Positions 1-9,032 of a stretch of DNA of 64,000 nt are shown in pieces. The notes beneath the pieces are model-generated. The model was not told the DNA's origin. It was given only the letters and a program-made list of their open reading frames with translations, and did not search any database. Made by a program: the position numbers and the translations under genes. The stretch lies in the NCBI GenBank assembly GCA_963926175.1, contig CAWUWE010000078.1, positions 5,274 through 69,273 of the forward strand. Direction: 5' to 3'. This DNA is from an uncultured Alphaproteobacteria bacterium. Lineage in GTDB: Bacteria > Pseudomonadota > Alphaproteobacteria > Puniceispirillales > Puniceispirillaceae. The first letter of the stretch is position 1; every line of letters starts with the position of its first letter.

Positions 1-29
1 AATTGAAAAACGAAGCAAAGGTGATCTAA
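1..29 (+). CDS. etfB: 3' end of electron transfer flavoprotein beta subunit (partial, runs off the window)
   Basis: In-frame tail LKNEAKVI then TAA (27-29), 3 nt before the etfA start. etfB-etfA is the standard pair and EtfB proteins end in a similar tail. Only 9 codons are visible. Confidence 0.5.
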
Positions 30-32
30 GCC

Positions 33-965
33 ATGAGCATTTTAATCCTATGTGACCATGAAAATGGCCAGCTAAGTCCGGTATCATTAAACGCTGTCAG
101 CGCCGCCAGCCAGATTGGTGGCGAGATGCATCTTCTTGTTGCCGGTGATCAAACTGGCAATGTTGCCAAGGCCGCAGCCGGAATTGCCGGAATTGCTAAA
201 GTTCTGGTGGCAGATGACAAATCCCTTGAAAACGGACTTGCCGAAAATCTTGCGCCTTTGATGCAAAGCCTGTCAGGCGGCTATTCACATATGATGGCCG
301 CGGCAACAACAACCGGCAAAAATGTTATGCCGCGTCTAGCTGCCCTGCTTGATGTAATGCAGATTTCCGACATTATCAAAATCGATGACGCCAACACATT
401 CCAGCGTCCAATCTATGCTGGCAATGCCCTGTCAACCGTATCATCAAACGAGGCCATCAAGGTGATTACCGTTCGCGGTACTGCGTTTGAAGCGGTGGCT
501 GCCGAAGGTGGCAATGCCATCGTCGAGTCAGTTGCCGGTGCCAGTGATTCCGGATTGTCAGCCTATATCAAATCAGAACTATCCAGTTCGGAACGCCCTG
601 AATTGACCTCGGCTTCGATTGTGATTTCAGGTGGACGCGGCATGCAGGATGGCGCCAATTTTGCCATGCTTGAAAAAATCGCCGACAAGCTTGGTGCGGC
701 CGTTGGCGCATCACGGGCCGCGGTGGATGCCGGTTTTGTTCCCAATGATTATCAGGTTGGCCAGACCGGCAAGGTTGTCGCGCCTGATCTGTATGTCGCG
801 GTTGGCATTTCAGGTGCCATTCAGCATCTTGCCGGCATGAAAGACAGCAAAGTGATTGTCGCCATCAACAAGGATGAAGAAGCGCCAATTTTCCAAGTTT
901 CCGATTACGGGCTGGTTGCCGATCTTTTCGACGCCGTTCCGGCGCTTGAAAAAGAGCTTGGCTAA
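33..965 (+). CDS. etfA: Electron transfer flavoprotein alpha subunit
   Basis: 310-aa ORF. C-terminal FAD-binding block [34 protein letters not shown] is the EtfA signature. Confidence 0.95.
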   Translation: MSILILCDHENGQLSPVSLNAVSAASQIGGEMHLLVAGDQTGNVAKAAAGIAGIAKVLVADDKSLENGLAENLAPLMQSLSGGYSHMMAAATTTGKNVMPRLAALLDVMQISDIIKIDDANTFQRPIYAGNALSTVSSNEAIKVITVRGTAFEAVAAEGGNAIVESVAGASDSGLSAYIKSELSSSERPELTSASIVISGGRGMQDGANFAMLEKIADKLGAAVGASRAAVDAGFVPNDYQVGQTGKVVAPDLYVAVGISGAIQHLAGMKDSKVIVAINKDEEAPIFQVSDYGLVADLFDAVPALEKELG

Positions 966-1006
966 CAGCACAGCCAATCAGGCCTGACAAGGCATAGAGT
1001 CAATTA

Positions 1007-1033
1007 GGCGGCATTGCGGTGCCGCCTTTTTGT
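1007..1033 (+). terminator. Rho-independent terminator after etfA
   Basis: Perfect 7-bp stem GGCGGCA / TGCCGCC with a 6-nt loop, followed by TTTTTGTTG. It lies between the convergent etfA and tlpA-like genes. Confidence 0.6.
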
Positions 1034-1039
1034 TGTCGG

Positions 1040-1672
1040 TCACACCGATAAATGATCTGGTAAATGATCTTGACTATTTTGCTGTGATGGCGCTGGTGAC
1101 GCCTTGGCAAGGCGCAGCAGATTGCGAATTTCGGCAATCATCGGTGCCGAAGCCCATTCACGCGGCCCGACATAGGCCCAGCTTTGGCGTTGATCCGCGC
1201 TAAGTAAAAAGCTGGTTGGCAAACCCCGCACCCCCATTTCGCGCGAAAGCGCTGCCTTGGGATCAAACCCCACCAAGGGCCGGGTAATGCCACGATCCTG
1301 CAAAAAAGGCAGGGCTTTTTGATGGCCGCCACGATCAACCGAAATCAGCAGTAATGTCACATCATCACCAAGCTGTTTGGCAGCATTGTCCAAGGCGGGT
1401 AATTCGGCGACACAAGGCGGGCACCATGTTGCCCAGAAATTCACCAAAACTGGCCGACCTTGCAATGATTCAAGGCGAAAATCTTTATCATTTTCATCAA
1501 GAATCACCGTCGACATTGATGGCGCGGCTTTGCCTTCTGGCAGGGTCATTGCCGCCGCTAGATCTGGCCAAAGCATGAATGCCGAAAGCCCCATTATGCC
1601 GGTGAAAAGCTGGCGTCGCGATAAAGATGCGGTTTTTGGCTGAAAATTTGACGAAAGCCGAGTATAAGACAA
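1040..1672 (-). CDS. TlpA-like periplasmic thiol:disulfide oxidoreductase (thioredoxin fold)
   Basis: [13 protein letters not shown] active-site motif (CxxC). N-terminal hydrophobic export segment. The start at 1672 is TTG and is uncertain. Confidence 0.85.
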   Translation of the reverse strand: MSYTRLSSNFQPKTASLSRRQLFTGIMGLSAFMLWPDLAAAMTLPEGKAAPSMSTVILDENDKDFRLESLQGRPVLVNFWATWCPPCVAELPALDNAAKQLGDDVTLLLISVDRGGHQKALPFLQDRGITRPLVGFDPKAALSREMGVRGLPTSFLLSADQRQSWAYVGPREWASAPMIAEIRNLLRLAKASPAPSQQNSQDHLPDHLSV

Positions 1673-1701
1673 AGGATTTTCTCACTCTATTGGTTGTGAA
1701 C

Positions 1702-3120
1702 ATGGCGAAGAACGACAAAATATCGCAAGACGATTCAAAGTCTAGCATCTGGGGCGGCCGTTTCTCAAGCGGCCCATCGCAATTGATGCAAGATATCAAT
1801 GCGTCAATTAGCTATGACAAGCGGCTATATCGTCAGGATATTGCCGGCTCGAAAGCGCATGCCAGCATGCTTGCCGCGGTGAAAATCATTGCCAATGATG
1901 ATTGCCAGGCCATTCATGGCGGGCTTGATCAGATTGCTAGTGAAATCGAGGCTGGCGATTTTGTGTTTTCCGAAGCGCTTGAAGATATCCATATGAATAT
2001 CGAATCGCGGCTTGCCGAACTGATTGGCGAACCAGCCAGACGGCTTCACACAGCACGGTCGCGCAATGACCAGGTGGCAACCGATTTCAAATTATGGGTT
2101 CGTGATCTGCTTGATTCGATTGATCATGCGCTTGCTGATATGCAGGCCGCGCTTCTTGACAAGGCCGAAGCACATGCTGATCTGTTGATGCCCGGTTTCA
2201 CCCATCTTCAAACCGCCCAGCCGGTTACATTCGGATTTCACCTTATGGCCTATGTTGAAATGCTGGGGCGTGACCGTGGACGGTTTGCCGATGCCAGACG
2301 CCGGCTGAATGAATCACCGCTTGGCGCGGCGGCACTTGCTGGCACCTCCTTTCCAACCGACCGGCATATGACCGCAAGCGCACTTGGCTTTGACCGGCCA
2401 GCTGCCAATGCCATGGATGCGGTTTCGGATCGGGATTTCGCGCTGGAATTTCTGGCCAGTGCTGCCATTTGTTCGGTGCATCTATCACGCTTTGCCGAAG
2501 AATTGGTGATCTGGTCATCCTACCAGTTTGGCTTTATCGCCCTTTCAGATGCCTTTACCACCGGATCATCAATCATGCCGCAAAAGCGCAATCCCGATGC
2601 GGCCGAACTTGTGCGCGCCAAGCCCGGGCGGATCATCGGTGCCTTAACCGGTTTGCTGATCGTGTTAAAGGGGCTTCCGCTTGCCTATGGCAAGGATATG
2701 CAGGAAGACAAAGAAGGGGTGTTTGACGCGGCTGATGCGCTTGGAATCGCGCTTGCCGCAACCACCGGCATGATCCGCGATATGACACCACAGCCAAATG
2801 CCATGCTGGCAGCGCTGAAAACCGGTTTCCCAACAGCCACTGACCTGGCTGACTATATGGTTCGTGAACTTGGCATGCCATTCCGCGAAGCCCATCATGC
2901 CAGCGGGGCCATTGTTGCGGAAGCCGCGGCCAAAGGGCTTGATCTTGAAGAGATGAGCCTTGACGCGTTACAAGCCATCGAACCACGAATCAAACCCGAT
3001 ATTATCGGCTTGCTGTCGGTGGCAAGTTCGGCCGCAGCAAGAACCAGCTTTGGCGGCACCGCACCTGATGAAGTGCGCGCACGAATTGCCGATGCACGTC
3101 AACGTTTTGCCATTCAATAG
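1702..3120 (+). CDS. argH: Argininosuccinate lyase
   Basis: [12 protein letters not shown]-terminus and fumarate-lyase signature [13 protein letters not shown] placed the start at ATG 1702 (MAKNDK...) instead of the ORF-track 1627, which would overlap the divergent tlpA-like gene. Confidence 0.95.
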   Translation: MAKNDKISQDDSKSSIWGGRFSSGPSQLMQDINASISYDKRLYRQDIAGSKAHASMLAAVKIIANDDCQAIHGGLDQIASEIEAGDFVFSEALEDIHMNIESRLAELIGEPARRLHTARSRNDQVATDFKLWVRDLLDSIDHALADMQAALLDKAEAHADLLMPGFTHLQTAQPVTFGFHLMAYVEMLGRDRGRFADARRRLNESPLGAAALAGTSFPTDRHMTASALGFDRPAANAMDAVSDRDFALEFLASAAICSVHLSRFAEELVIWSSYQFGFIALSDAFTTGSSIMPQKRNPDAAELVRAKPGRIIGALTGLLIVLKGLPLAYGKDMQEDKEGVFDAADALGIALAATTGMIRDMTPQPNAMLAALKTGFPTATDLADYMVRELGMPFREAHHASGAIVAEAAAKGLDLEEMSLDALQAIEPRIKPDIIGLLSVASSAAARTSFGGTAPDEVRARIADARQRFAIQ

Positions 3121-3150
3121 GGCAAGAACACCCCGGTTAAAGGAGCCGCT

Positions 3151-3288
3151 ATGCAACGCAAACTCATTCTTGGCAGCCTGATCGGCCTGATGCTGACGCT
3201 TGGCCTTGTCGCCTGTGGCAAGCGCGGTGATCCTTACCGGCCATCTGAAATTCCGGCCGCAAGCCAGACCAAAACCCCCGCCAGCTAG
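3151..3288 (+). CDS. Small lipoprotein, LptM/LppL (YifL)-like, 45 aa
   Basis: Not in the ORF track because it is under 60 aa. AAGGAG at 3140-3145 lies 5 nt upstream of ATG 3151. Product is MQRKLILGSLIGLMLTLGLVACGKRGDPYRPSEIPAASQTKTPAS: a signal peptide, lipobox LVAC and a CGxxGxxxxP motif. The position directly upstream of lysA matches lppL-lysA in Pseudomonas. Confidence 0.65.
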   Translation: MQRKLILGSLIGLMLTLGLVACGKRGDPYRPSEIPAASQTKTPAS

Positions 3289-3316
3289 CTTTGGCGTTTT
3301 AGGAGCAATCGCCATT

Positions 3317-4594
3317 ATGTGCGCTTTTTACCGTGATGACAGCCAACAGCTATGCGTTGACGGCCGGTCCCTTGCCGATATTATCGCGACCTATGGATCG
3401 CCGCTTTATGTCTATTCAGGCACCGGCATCACCGAGGCCTTTACCCAGTTTCAAGCCGCAGTGGGACCAGTATCTGGAAAGGTACATTTCGCCATGAAAG
3501 CAAATTCGGCGCTTGGGGTTTTGGCGCTCATCGGACGGCTTGGCGGCGGCATGGATATTGTGTCTTCGGGTGAATTGGCACGCGCGCAAGCCGCCGGTAT
3601 TGATCCGGCAGATGTGGTGTTTTCCGGCGTTGGCAAAACCGATGATGATATCCGCCAAGCATTGGCTTGTGGCATTGGCCAGATCAATGCTGAATCAATT
3701 CCCGAAGTCGTCGCGATTAGTGCAATTGCCGCGGATATGGGCGTTCCGGCACCCGTGGCGTTGCGGGTGAATGTTGATGTCAATCCAGGAACCCACGCCA
3801 AAATTTCAACCGGTCAGCGTGATACCAAATTCGGCATCTCAGCCGACCAGCGCGAAGCAAGCGACCTTTATCGGGTTCTGTGCGATGACCCACATATCCG
3901 GCCTGCCGGTCTGGCCGTTCACATCGGATCACAAATTCGCAATCTAGCGCCTTTTGAAGCGGCCTATTCGGCGCTTTTGACGCTTGCCAATGAATTGCGC
4001 AATGCCGGAATGCCAGTGCCGAATCTTGATCTTGGCGGCGGCGTCGGGGTTGATTATGACATGGCTGGCCCGACCGATTTCACCGCCTATGGCCAACTGG
4101 TCGAACGTCTTTTCAAGGATCAGGGCTTTACCCTTGGATTCGAGCCTGGTCGCGCCATCATTGCCAATAATGGCATTCTGGTGACCAAGGTCATTTATGT
4201 CAAACAGGGCGATAATAAGCGGTTTGTCATTGTCGATGCAGCGATGAATGACCTATTGAGGCCAACCTTATATGAAGCGCATCACGCCATCTGGCCAATT
4301 GCCGCGCCACAGCCATCAATCGGCAAGGCCGATATTGTTGGACCCGTTTGCGAAACCGGCGATTATCTTGGGCTTGACCGCGACATGCCCAATCTGACAA
4401 ATGGCGATGCGTTGGCGGTGATGTCGGCCGGTGCTTATGGCGCGGTCATGGCGTCAAGCTATAATAGCCGATCACCCGCCGCCGAAGTGATGGTTTTTGA
4501 CTGCAAAACGCATCTATTACGCGGCGCAAGACCCATTGCCGAAATGATCAATAATGAATCAATTCCCGATTTTACCACAGCGGCAAAAAAATAA
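3317..4594 (+). CDS. lysA: Diaminopimelate decarboxylase
   Basis: PLP-dependent Orn/DAP/Arg decarboxylase family: YAMKAN-like FAMKANS, GGGVGV and CETGD motifs. I chose ATG 3317, preceded by AGGAG at 3301-3305. The ORF-track start at 3200 overlaps the lipoprotein gene out of frame. Confidence 0.95.
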   Translation: MCAFYRDDSQQLCVDGRSLADIIATYGSPLYVYSGTGITEAFTQFQAAVGPVSGKVHFAMKANSALGVLALIGRLGGGMDIVSSGELARAQAAGIDPADVVFSGVGKTDDDIRQALACGIGQINAESIPEVVAISAIAADMGVPAPVALRVNVDVNPGTHAKISTGQRDTKFGISADQREASDLYRVLCDDPHIRPAGLAVHIGSQIRNLAPFEAAYSALLTLANELRNAGMPVPNLDLGGGVGVDYDMAGPTDFTAYGQLVERLFKDQGFTLGFEPGRAIIANNGILVTKVIYVKQGDNKRFVIVDAAMNDLLRPTLYEAHHAIWPIAAPQPSIGKADIVGPVCETGDYLGLDRDMPNLTNGDALAVMSAGAYGAVMASSYNSRSPAAEVMVFDCKTHLLRGARPIAEMINNESIPDFTTAAKK

Positions 4595-4597
4595 TCC

Positions 4598-5191
4598 CTA
4601 GTCAAAAATAGGCCGTGAAATCGGAATGACGGTGACTTCGGCCTTAGCGCATGAATCAATATCAAGCTGTATGAAAAACGGGCTTTGCTGTTTGGCAGCA
4701 ATGATCGGGTCGTCAGGCCTGATTATGGTTTCATTCAAAATCACCCCATCCGGACGCGTGACCCGAACCCGCAATGGCGCAGCATGCCCAGACCATAATC
4801 CAACATTGCGAAGCGCGCCACGAAGACGCAGCATCTCACCAGCATAAGACCCGTCAAGATTAACCACAAGAAGCGTGTCAATCGGTGGCAATATGGGAAG
4901 ACCAATCCGGTGAAAGCCCGCGATCAATCCGAGAAAATAAGCGGTCAAAATGCCGCGGCCTTTGATAAATGATGTCATTAGCCCAGCGCAAATCAGAACC
5001 GCAATCTCCGGAAAACGGAACTTGTGAAGATATGACGCAAAGTTCGGCATGTCCTGCCGGTCGCCACTGGTTGCAAGCCGCGCTGTCCAAATATGGTCAC
5101 AAATCAAGCAATGAACGGGCTGTCCTTCCGGATGCACGCGAAGACGATTGACGCGGAAAATCGATTCGCATTGTGGGCAGACCAGCAGCAA
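4598..5191 (-). CDS. MJ0042-type zinc-ribbon membrane protein with a DUF3426-like C-terminus
   Basis: N-terminal CPQC...17 aa...CLIC zinc ribbon, a central hydrophobic segment and a C-terminal beta-rich domain. This is a common alphaproteobacterial architecture of unknown function. Confidence 0.7.
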   Translation of the reverse strand: MLLVCPQCESIFRVNRLRVHPEGQPVHCLICDHIWTARLATSGDRQDMPNFASYLHKFRFPEIAVLICAGLMTSFIKGRGILTAYFLGLIAGFHRIGLPILPPIDTLLVVNLDGSYAGEMLRLRGALRNVGLWSGHAAPLRVRVTRPDGVILNETIIRPDDPIIAAKQQSPFFIQLDIDSCAKAEVTVIPISRPIFD

Positions 5192-5310
5192 AGCAGTCTC
5201 TTAGTTTAGCGTTTTCTAATTTGTTTCTAATGCAAACAAGATTTTGCACAAATAGCGTAATCGCGAATTTGGCTAGCCAGTCGAGCCGAATTCATATTAT
5301 CAATAGCCCT

Positions 5311-5970
5311 ATGATGCGGTTTAAAACAGTTTCATTGGCACAGACCAAAATGGCGGCAAAATCACTATTGATCGTCCTGCTTCTTGGATGCGCCTTATTT
5401 ATGGCTGGCCTCCAGCATTTCGTTCTCACCCTTCCCAAACCAGCACCCTCTAACACCGACACCGCCGCCACCACCTCCAACTCCACTGACGGCATTGTCG
5501 TGATTACCGGCGGCCAGCAACGGCTTGCCGATGGGTTTGATCTATTACAAAGTGGTGCCGGCAAAGCGCTTTTGGTATCGGGCGTTGGGCAAGGGGTTAG
5601 CAAAGCCATTCTTGCCGATGAATTGAATTTAGATCCGCGTGAAACAGCCCTTCTTGAATGCTGCGTCACGCTGGAATTTCAGGCAGGCGATACAAGGGGA
5701 AATGCGGTTGCCGCCGGCAAATGGGCGCAGGCAAATGGGTTCAGATCATTGCAATTGGTAACGGCGAATTATCATATGCCCCGCGCCAAAGCCATTTTCA
5801 CCCGAAAACTGCCCGATATTGCGCTATCTTACTGGCCGGTTAGCCCCGATGATCTTGATCTGGATATCTGGTGGAAAACCTCGCCAATCATCCAGCTTTT
5901 AGCCCGCGAATATGCAAAATATCTAACCGAGCCAATGGCCAATTTAATCCTGACCCGCATCAATGATTGA
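5311..5970 (+). CDS. DUF218 (YdcF/ElyC-like) membrane-anchored protein
   Basis: One N-terminal TM segment, then GIVVITGG...LLVSGV...TANYHMPRA, typical of DUF218. I chose ATG 5311. The upstream part of the ORF-track ORF (from 5173) lacks any such features. Confidence 0.75.
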   Translation: MMRFKTVSLAQTKMAAKSLLIVLLLGCALFMAGLQHFVLTLPKPAPSNTDTAATTSNSTDGIVVITGGQQRLADGFDLLQSGAGKALLVSGVGQGVSKAILADELNLDPRETALLECCVTLEFQAGDTRGNAVAAGKWAQANGFRSLQLVTANYHMPRAKAIFTRKLPDIALSYWPVSPDDLDLDIWWKTSPIIQLLAREYAKYLTEPMANLILTRIND

Positions 5971-6822
5971 TCGTCGGATTTCGCGGGTGCGCAAAAATAA
6001 TGCTTCCAGCTTGTCACCTTCTTGCCAGCGAATGGCGCGTTGAAGATAGCTAAGATCCTCGGAAAAACGCTGCAGCATCTCAAGAACAGCCGTGTCATTA
6101 TTCAAAAATACATCACGCCACATCACCGGATCAGACGCGGCAATGCGGGTAAAGTCACGAAATCCTGATGCCGAAAAACGGATCACATCATTTTTAAGCT
6201 GTGTTTCCAGATCAACAGCAGTGCCAACAATCGTATAGGCAATCAAATGCGGCAGGTGCGAGGTTAGCGCCAACACCTTGTCATGATAATCAGGGCTCAT
6301 CCGCTCGGTTACTGAACCAAGGCCGGTGATAAAGGATTCAAACCGCACAATATCGGCTTCATCAGCGTCAAGCGGAAGAATAATCCAATAGCGTTCATCA
6401 AAAAGCGATTCAAATCCGGCACTCGCTCCTGAATGTTCGGTTCCGGCAAGCGGATGCGATGGCAACCAGACAATATTATCGCGCAAATGCGGGGCAACAT
6501 CGCGAACAACCGATCGTTTGGTTGATCCGGTATCGGTTAGCACCGCGCCCGATTTCATATGAGGCACAATCTGTTCGGCGATTTTGCCAATCGCGCCAAC
6601 CGGCACCGCCAAAATGACAAGATCGGCATCAGCAACCGCATGCACCGCATCCGCCTCGAATGAATCGACAAGCTGGAGACGCGCAACCGCTGCCGCCACT
6701 TCGGACGATTGGTCACTGCCAATAATCATTGTAGCAAGCCCGCCGCGCCGCGCCGCAAGCGCGATCGACGCACCAATCAGCCCCATGCCAATCACCGCTA
6801 CCTTGTCGTAAATCACTGTCAT
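5944..6822 (-). CDS. tyrC: Prephenate/arogenate (cyclohexadienyl) dehydrogenase
   Basis: N-terminal Rossmann motif VAVIGMGLIGASIA and the conserved SHPLAGTEHSG block of the TyrA family. Its 3' end overlaps the convergent DUF218 gene by 27 nt. Confidence 0.9.
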   Translation of the reverse strand: MTVIYDKVAVIGMGLIGASIALAARRGGLATMIIGSDQSSEVAAAVARLQLVDSFEADAVHAVADADLVILAVPVGAIGKIAEQIVPHMKSGAVLTDTGSTKRSVVRDVAPHLRDNIVWLPSHPLAGTEHSGASAGFESLFDERYWIILPLDADEADIVRFESFITGLGSVTERMSPDYHDKVLALTSHLPHLIAYTIVGTAVDLETQLKNDVIRFSASGFRDFTRIAASDPVMWRDVFLNNDTAVLEMLQRFSEDLSYLQRAIRWQEGDKLEALFLRTREIRRSIIDAGQD

Positions 6823-6876
6823 TCTTCTGCTTTCATTCCATATCTTTGCTGTTCAGCCGTCAAGCTTTGCTAGGGT

Positions 6877-7569
6877 CTAGCGTGCATAGATCCCAACAAG
6901 ACGGGCGTCGCGCGGCAGATTGGCTGGCGCATCGACCACAGCGTCATTGCCATAATGACCATCAATCATTGTCAGGGCAAAACCATCTGCCGCTGGCACA
7001 GCATAAAGGCTTATGTCATCACCCGACGGGTCTGGCAAGTAATCGGCAATAATATAGGCAGGATGCAAGGATGGCATATCATAAAGCGGGGTGCGGGCGA
7101 TGATCGAAAGATACTGGTGTTGATCCAGTGCGGTTAAAAGCGCCTCAATGTCATGATTAGCAGGCACCAGCCCGTAACGGCATTGCCCTGATGCGACCGC
7201 ATCCAATAGCGGCGTCATTTGGTCAAAGCTTGTTGCCACAAGCGCGCTTCCCATATGCCATGCAGCAGCCGGCATTACCATGTCATGGACGGCAAAGGCC
7301 AGATCGCCATTTTGCCGACTAAGGCTGGCGGCCATAATCTGTCGCCACACCCCCAGAATAACCGATTGTGATAAATCATGGCCATTGGCCTTGCTGTTGA
7401 TAACAAGCTGGCGCACCAAGGCAGCCTCGCGCCCCGGGCGAAAGGCCGCGACACCGTTTTTGGCAGCAATCACCTGATTGGATAATTTCATGCGCTTGGC
7501 CAAGGCCTGTAAAATCTCATTATCAAGATTATCGATGGCACTTCGCAATTGGTTCAGATCCTCACTCAT
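6877..7569 (-). CDS. Chorismate mutase (CM_2 type) with a C-terminal prephenate-dehydratase-like half domain
   Basis: LNQLRSAIDNLDNEILQALAKRMKLSNQV is the AroQ chorismate-mutase helix. The C-terminal ~140 aa resemble only the first part of a PDT domain (SFDQMTPLLDAVASGQCRYGLVPANH). I placed the start at ATG 7569 (MSEDLNQL). Confidence 0.8.
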   Translation of the reverse strand: MSEDLNQLRSAIDNLDNEILQALAKRMKLSNQVIAAKNGVAAFRPGREAALVRQLVINSKANGHDLSQSVILGVWRQIMAASLSRQNGDLAFAVHDMVMPAAAWHMGSALVATSFDQMTPLLDAVASGQCRYGLVPANHDIEALLTALDQHQYLSIIARTPLYDMPSLHPAYIIADYLPDPSGDDISLYAVPAADGFALTMIDGHYGNDAVVDAPANLPRDARLVGIYAR

Positions 7570-7656
7570 ACCCAATGTTCCCAGCCTTCTAAACCAATAT
7601 CCCTCGATCAAGGCCATGTTATGCGGTTTTCAGCCAGATATGGCCACGGCCGCGAT

Positions 7657-8397
7657 TCAAGTTTTTGGCGACAACGCCCCGCGAGGTTGCCCCACCAAGA
7701 CAGGCGTAGTAGCGGTTTCTCGGCGCTGCAGTCTACTTGCCTTTCCAGAAGGTGCATAGAGCATTTTATCAGCCTCGACAAGAAGAACGCCGCCCATCGC
7801 TTGCCACCAGCGGCTGCCGATTCGTTCAATCGCTGGCGCAAAACGCTGAAAAAACAGACCAGCCAAAGGCGGCATAAACGCAATTCGGTGGGTTTGACGC
7901 GGGATAAATCCATGTCGCTGCAATAATTGGCGAAGCTGGCGCCCGGAATAGGGGCGGCCATGCCCAAAGGGGGTGCGTTCAGCCTTGGCCCAAAGCCCAC
8001 TTCGGTTTGGCACAATCACCAGCAATCGTCCAGCACCATCAAGAACCCGCCAGCATTCATCAAGACATTGACCGGGATCATGTTCAAATTCCAAAGCATG
8101 AACCAGCAAAAGACGGTCAAGGTGAACATCGGGAAGTGGAAGATTTAGCGGATCGACAAGACAATTGCGAACCGATGATGAATTTGGCCAAGGCGCCGCA
8201 CCACGGCGCGCTGGCATAAGCCCAAGCGGTATCGGCGGCTTCGGATCAAGAAAAGGCTGGGCATACCCTAAAAAAGCCGATGACAGGGGGGATCCGGCAT
8301 GCCAGAACAGGTCAAGCTGACGCCGAATGAGATCAGCGACATTTTGCCCAAGCCTCGTTTGATAAAACCGTTTAAATTCGGCGATATCATTATACAT
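7657..8397 (-). CDS. Class I SAM-dependent methyltransferase
   Basis: The methyltransferase-11-like core (LDRLLLVHALEF...GRLLVIVPN) is conserved in alphaproteobacteria. The likely start is ATG 8397 (MYNDIAEF); the ORF track extends to 8427. Confidence 0.75.
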   Translation of the reverse strand: MYNDIAEFKRFYQTRLGQNVADLIRRQLDLFWHAGSPLSSAFLGYAQPFLDPKPPIPLGLMPARRGAAPWPNSSSVRNCLVDPLNLPLPDVHLDRLLLVHALEFEHDPGQCLDECWRVLDGAGRLLVIVPNRSGLWAKAERTPFGHGRPYSGRQLRQLLQRHGFIPRQTHRIAFMPPLAGLFFQRFAPAIERIGSRWWQAMGGVLLVEADKMLYAPSGKASRLQRRETATTPVLVGQPRGALSPKT

Positions 8398-8417
8398 CCG
8401 GTCTTGACCCCTTTTGC

Positions 8418-8479
8418 TGCACTGCATTTGATTTGTCAGGAATTAAGATCTATAATGCAAAAAATTATTTTGCACTGCA
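8418..8479. promoter_or_regulatory. TGCA-based operator-like repeats, candidate PhaR autoregulatory sites
   Basis: TGCACTGCA occurs twice (8418-8426 and 8471-8479). A perfect inverted repeat TGCAAAA-N5-TTTTGCA (8456-8474) overlaps the -10/+1 region of the predicted phaR promoter. Confidence 0.4.
8428..8456 (+). promoter_or_regulatory. Sigma-70-type promoter for phaR
   Basis: TTGATT (8428-8433), a 17-nt spacer, then TATAAT (8451-8456), about 85 nt upstream of the phaR ATG. Confidence 0.5.
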
Positions 8480-8540
8480 ACATTGTGTCTTTGGCAAACA
8501 CTTGCTAGCCATGTTGTCTTACGCCTTTTTCGAGATGTTT

Positions 8541-9026
8541 ATGACGCCAAAACAAGCCGCAAATCAAGTGGTCATCCGCAAATATGCGAATCGTCGCCTC
8601 TATGACACCAGCGCATCGCGATATATCACCATCGATGATTTAAAGCTGATGGTGAAAAACAGCCTAGATTTTCGGGTTGTTGACGCAAAAAATGGCCAAG
8701 ATTTGACGCGGTTCACCCTTGTTCAGATCATTCTTGAAATTGAATCTAAAGGTCACGAACTGCTTCCCATTGGCGTTTTGCAACAGCTTATCCGCTTTTA
8801 TGGTGACAAGATGGAACCGATTTTATCACGCTATCTCGAACGTTCGATGAATGCATTTCTTGATCATCAAGGCCAAGCCGAAGACGCGCTTGGTGCCAGT
8901 TTTGATGCCATCCGCAGCAGCGGCGATGGCACAGCAACGGCGAATAATGTGACCTCGACGGATAACCTACAGCTGATCCGCGATGAATTTGACCAATTAA
9001 AGGCCAAACTCGATCGGCTTGGCTAG
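8541..9026 (+). CDS. phaR: Polyhydroxyalkanoate synthesis repressor PhaR
   Basis: VIRKYANRRLYDTSASRYITIDDL is the PhaR N-terminal DNA-binding signature. I chose ATG 8541 (MTPKQAAN). Confidence 0.9.
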   Translation: MTPKQAANQVVIRKYANRRLYDTSASRYITIDDLKLMVKNSLDFRVVDAKNGQDLTRFTLVQIILEIESKGHELLPIGVLQQLIRFYGDKMEPILSRYLERSMNAFLDHQGQAEDALGASFDAIRSSGDGTATANNVTSTDNLQLIRDEFDQLKAKLDRLG

Positions 9027-9032
9027 ATCCGG

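Noticed and set aside
3200-3316. N-terminal extensions in the ORF track (lysA from 3200, argH from 1627, atpD from 22831, sucA from 36616, mdh from 37804, and others)
   Set aside because: The extensions lack homology to the families concerned. They often begin at TTG, overlap neighbouring genes or promoters, and a conserved N-terminus with a Shine-Dalgarno site exists downstream.
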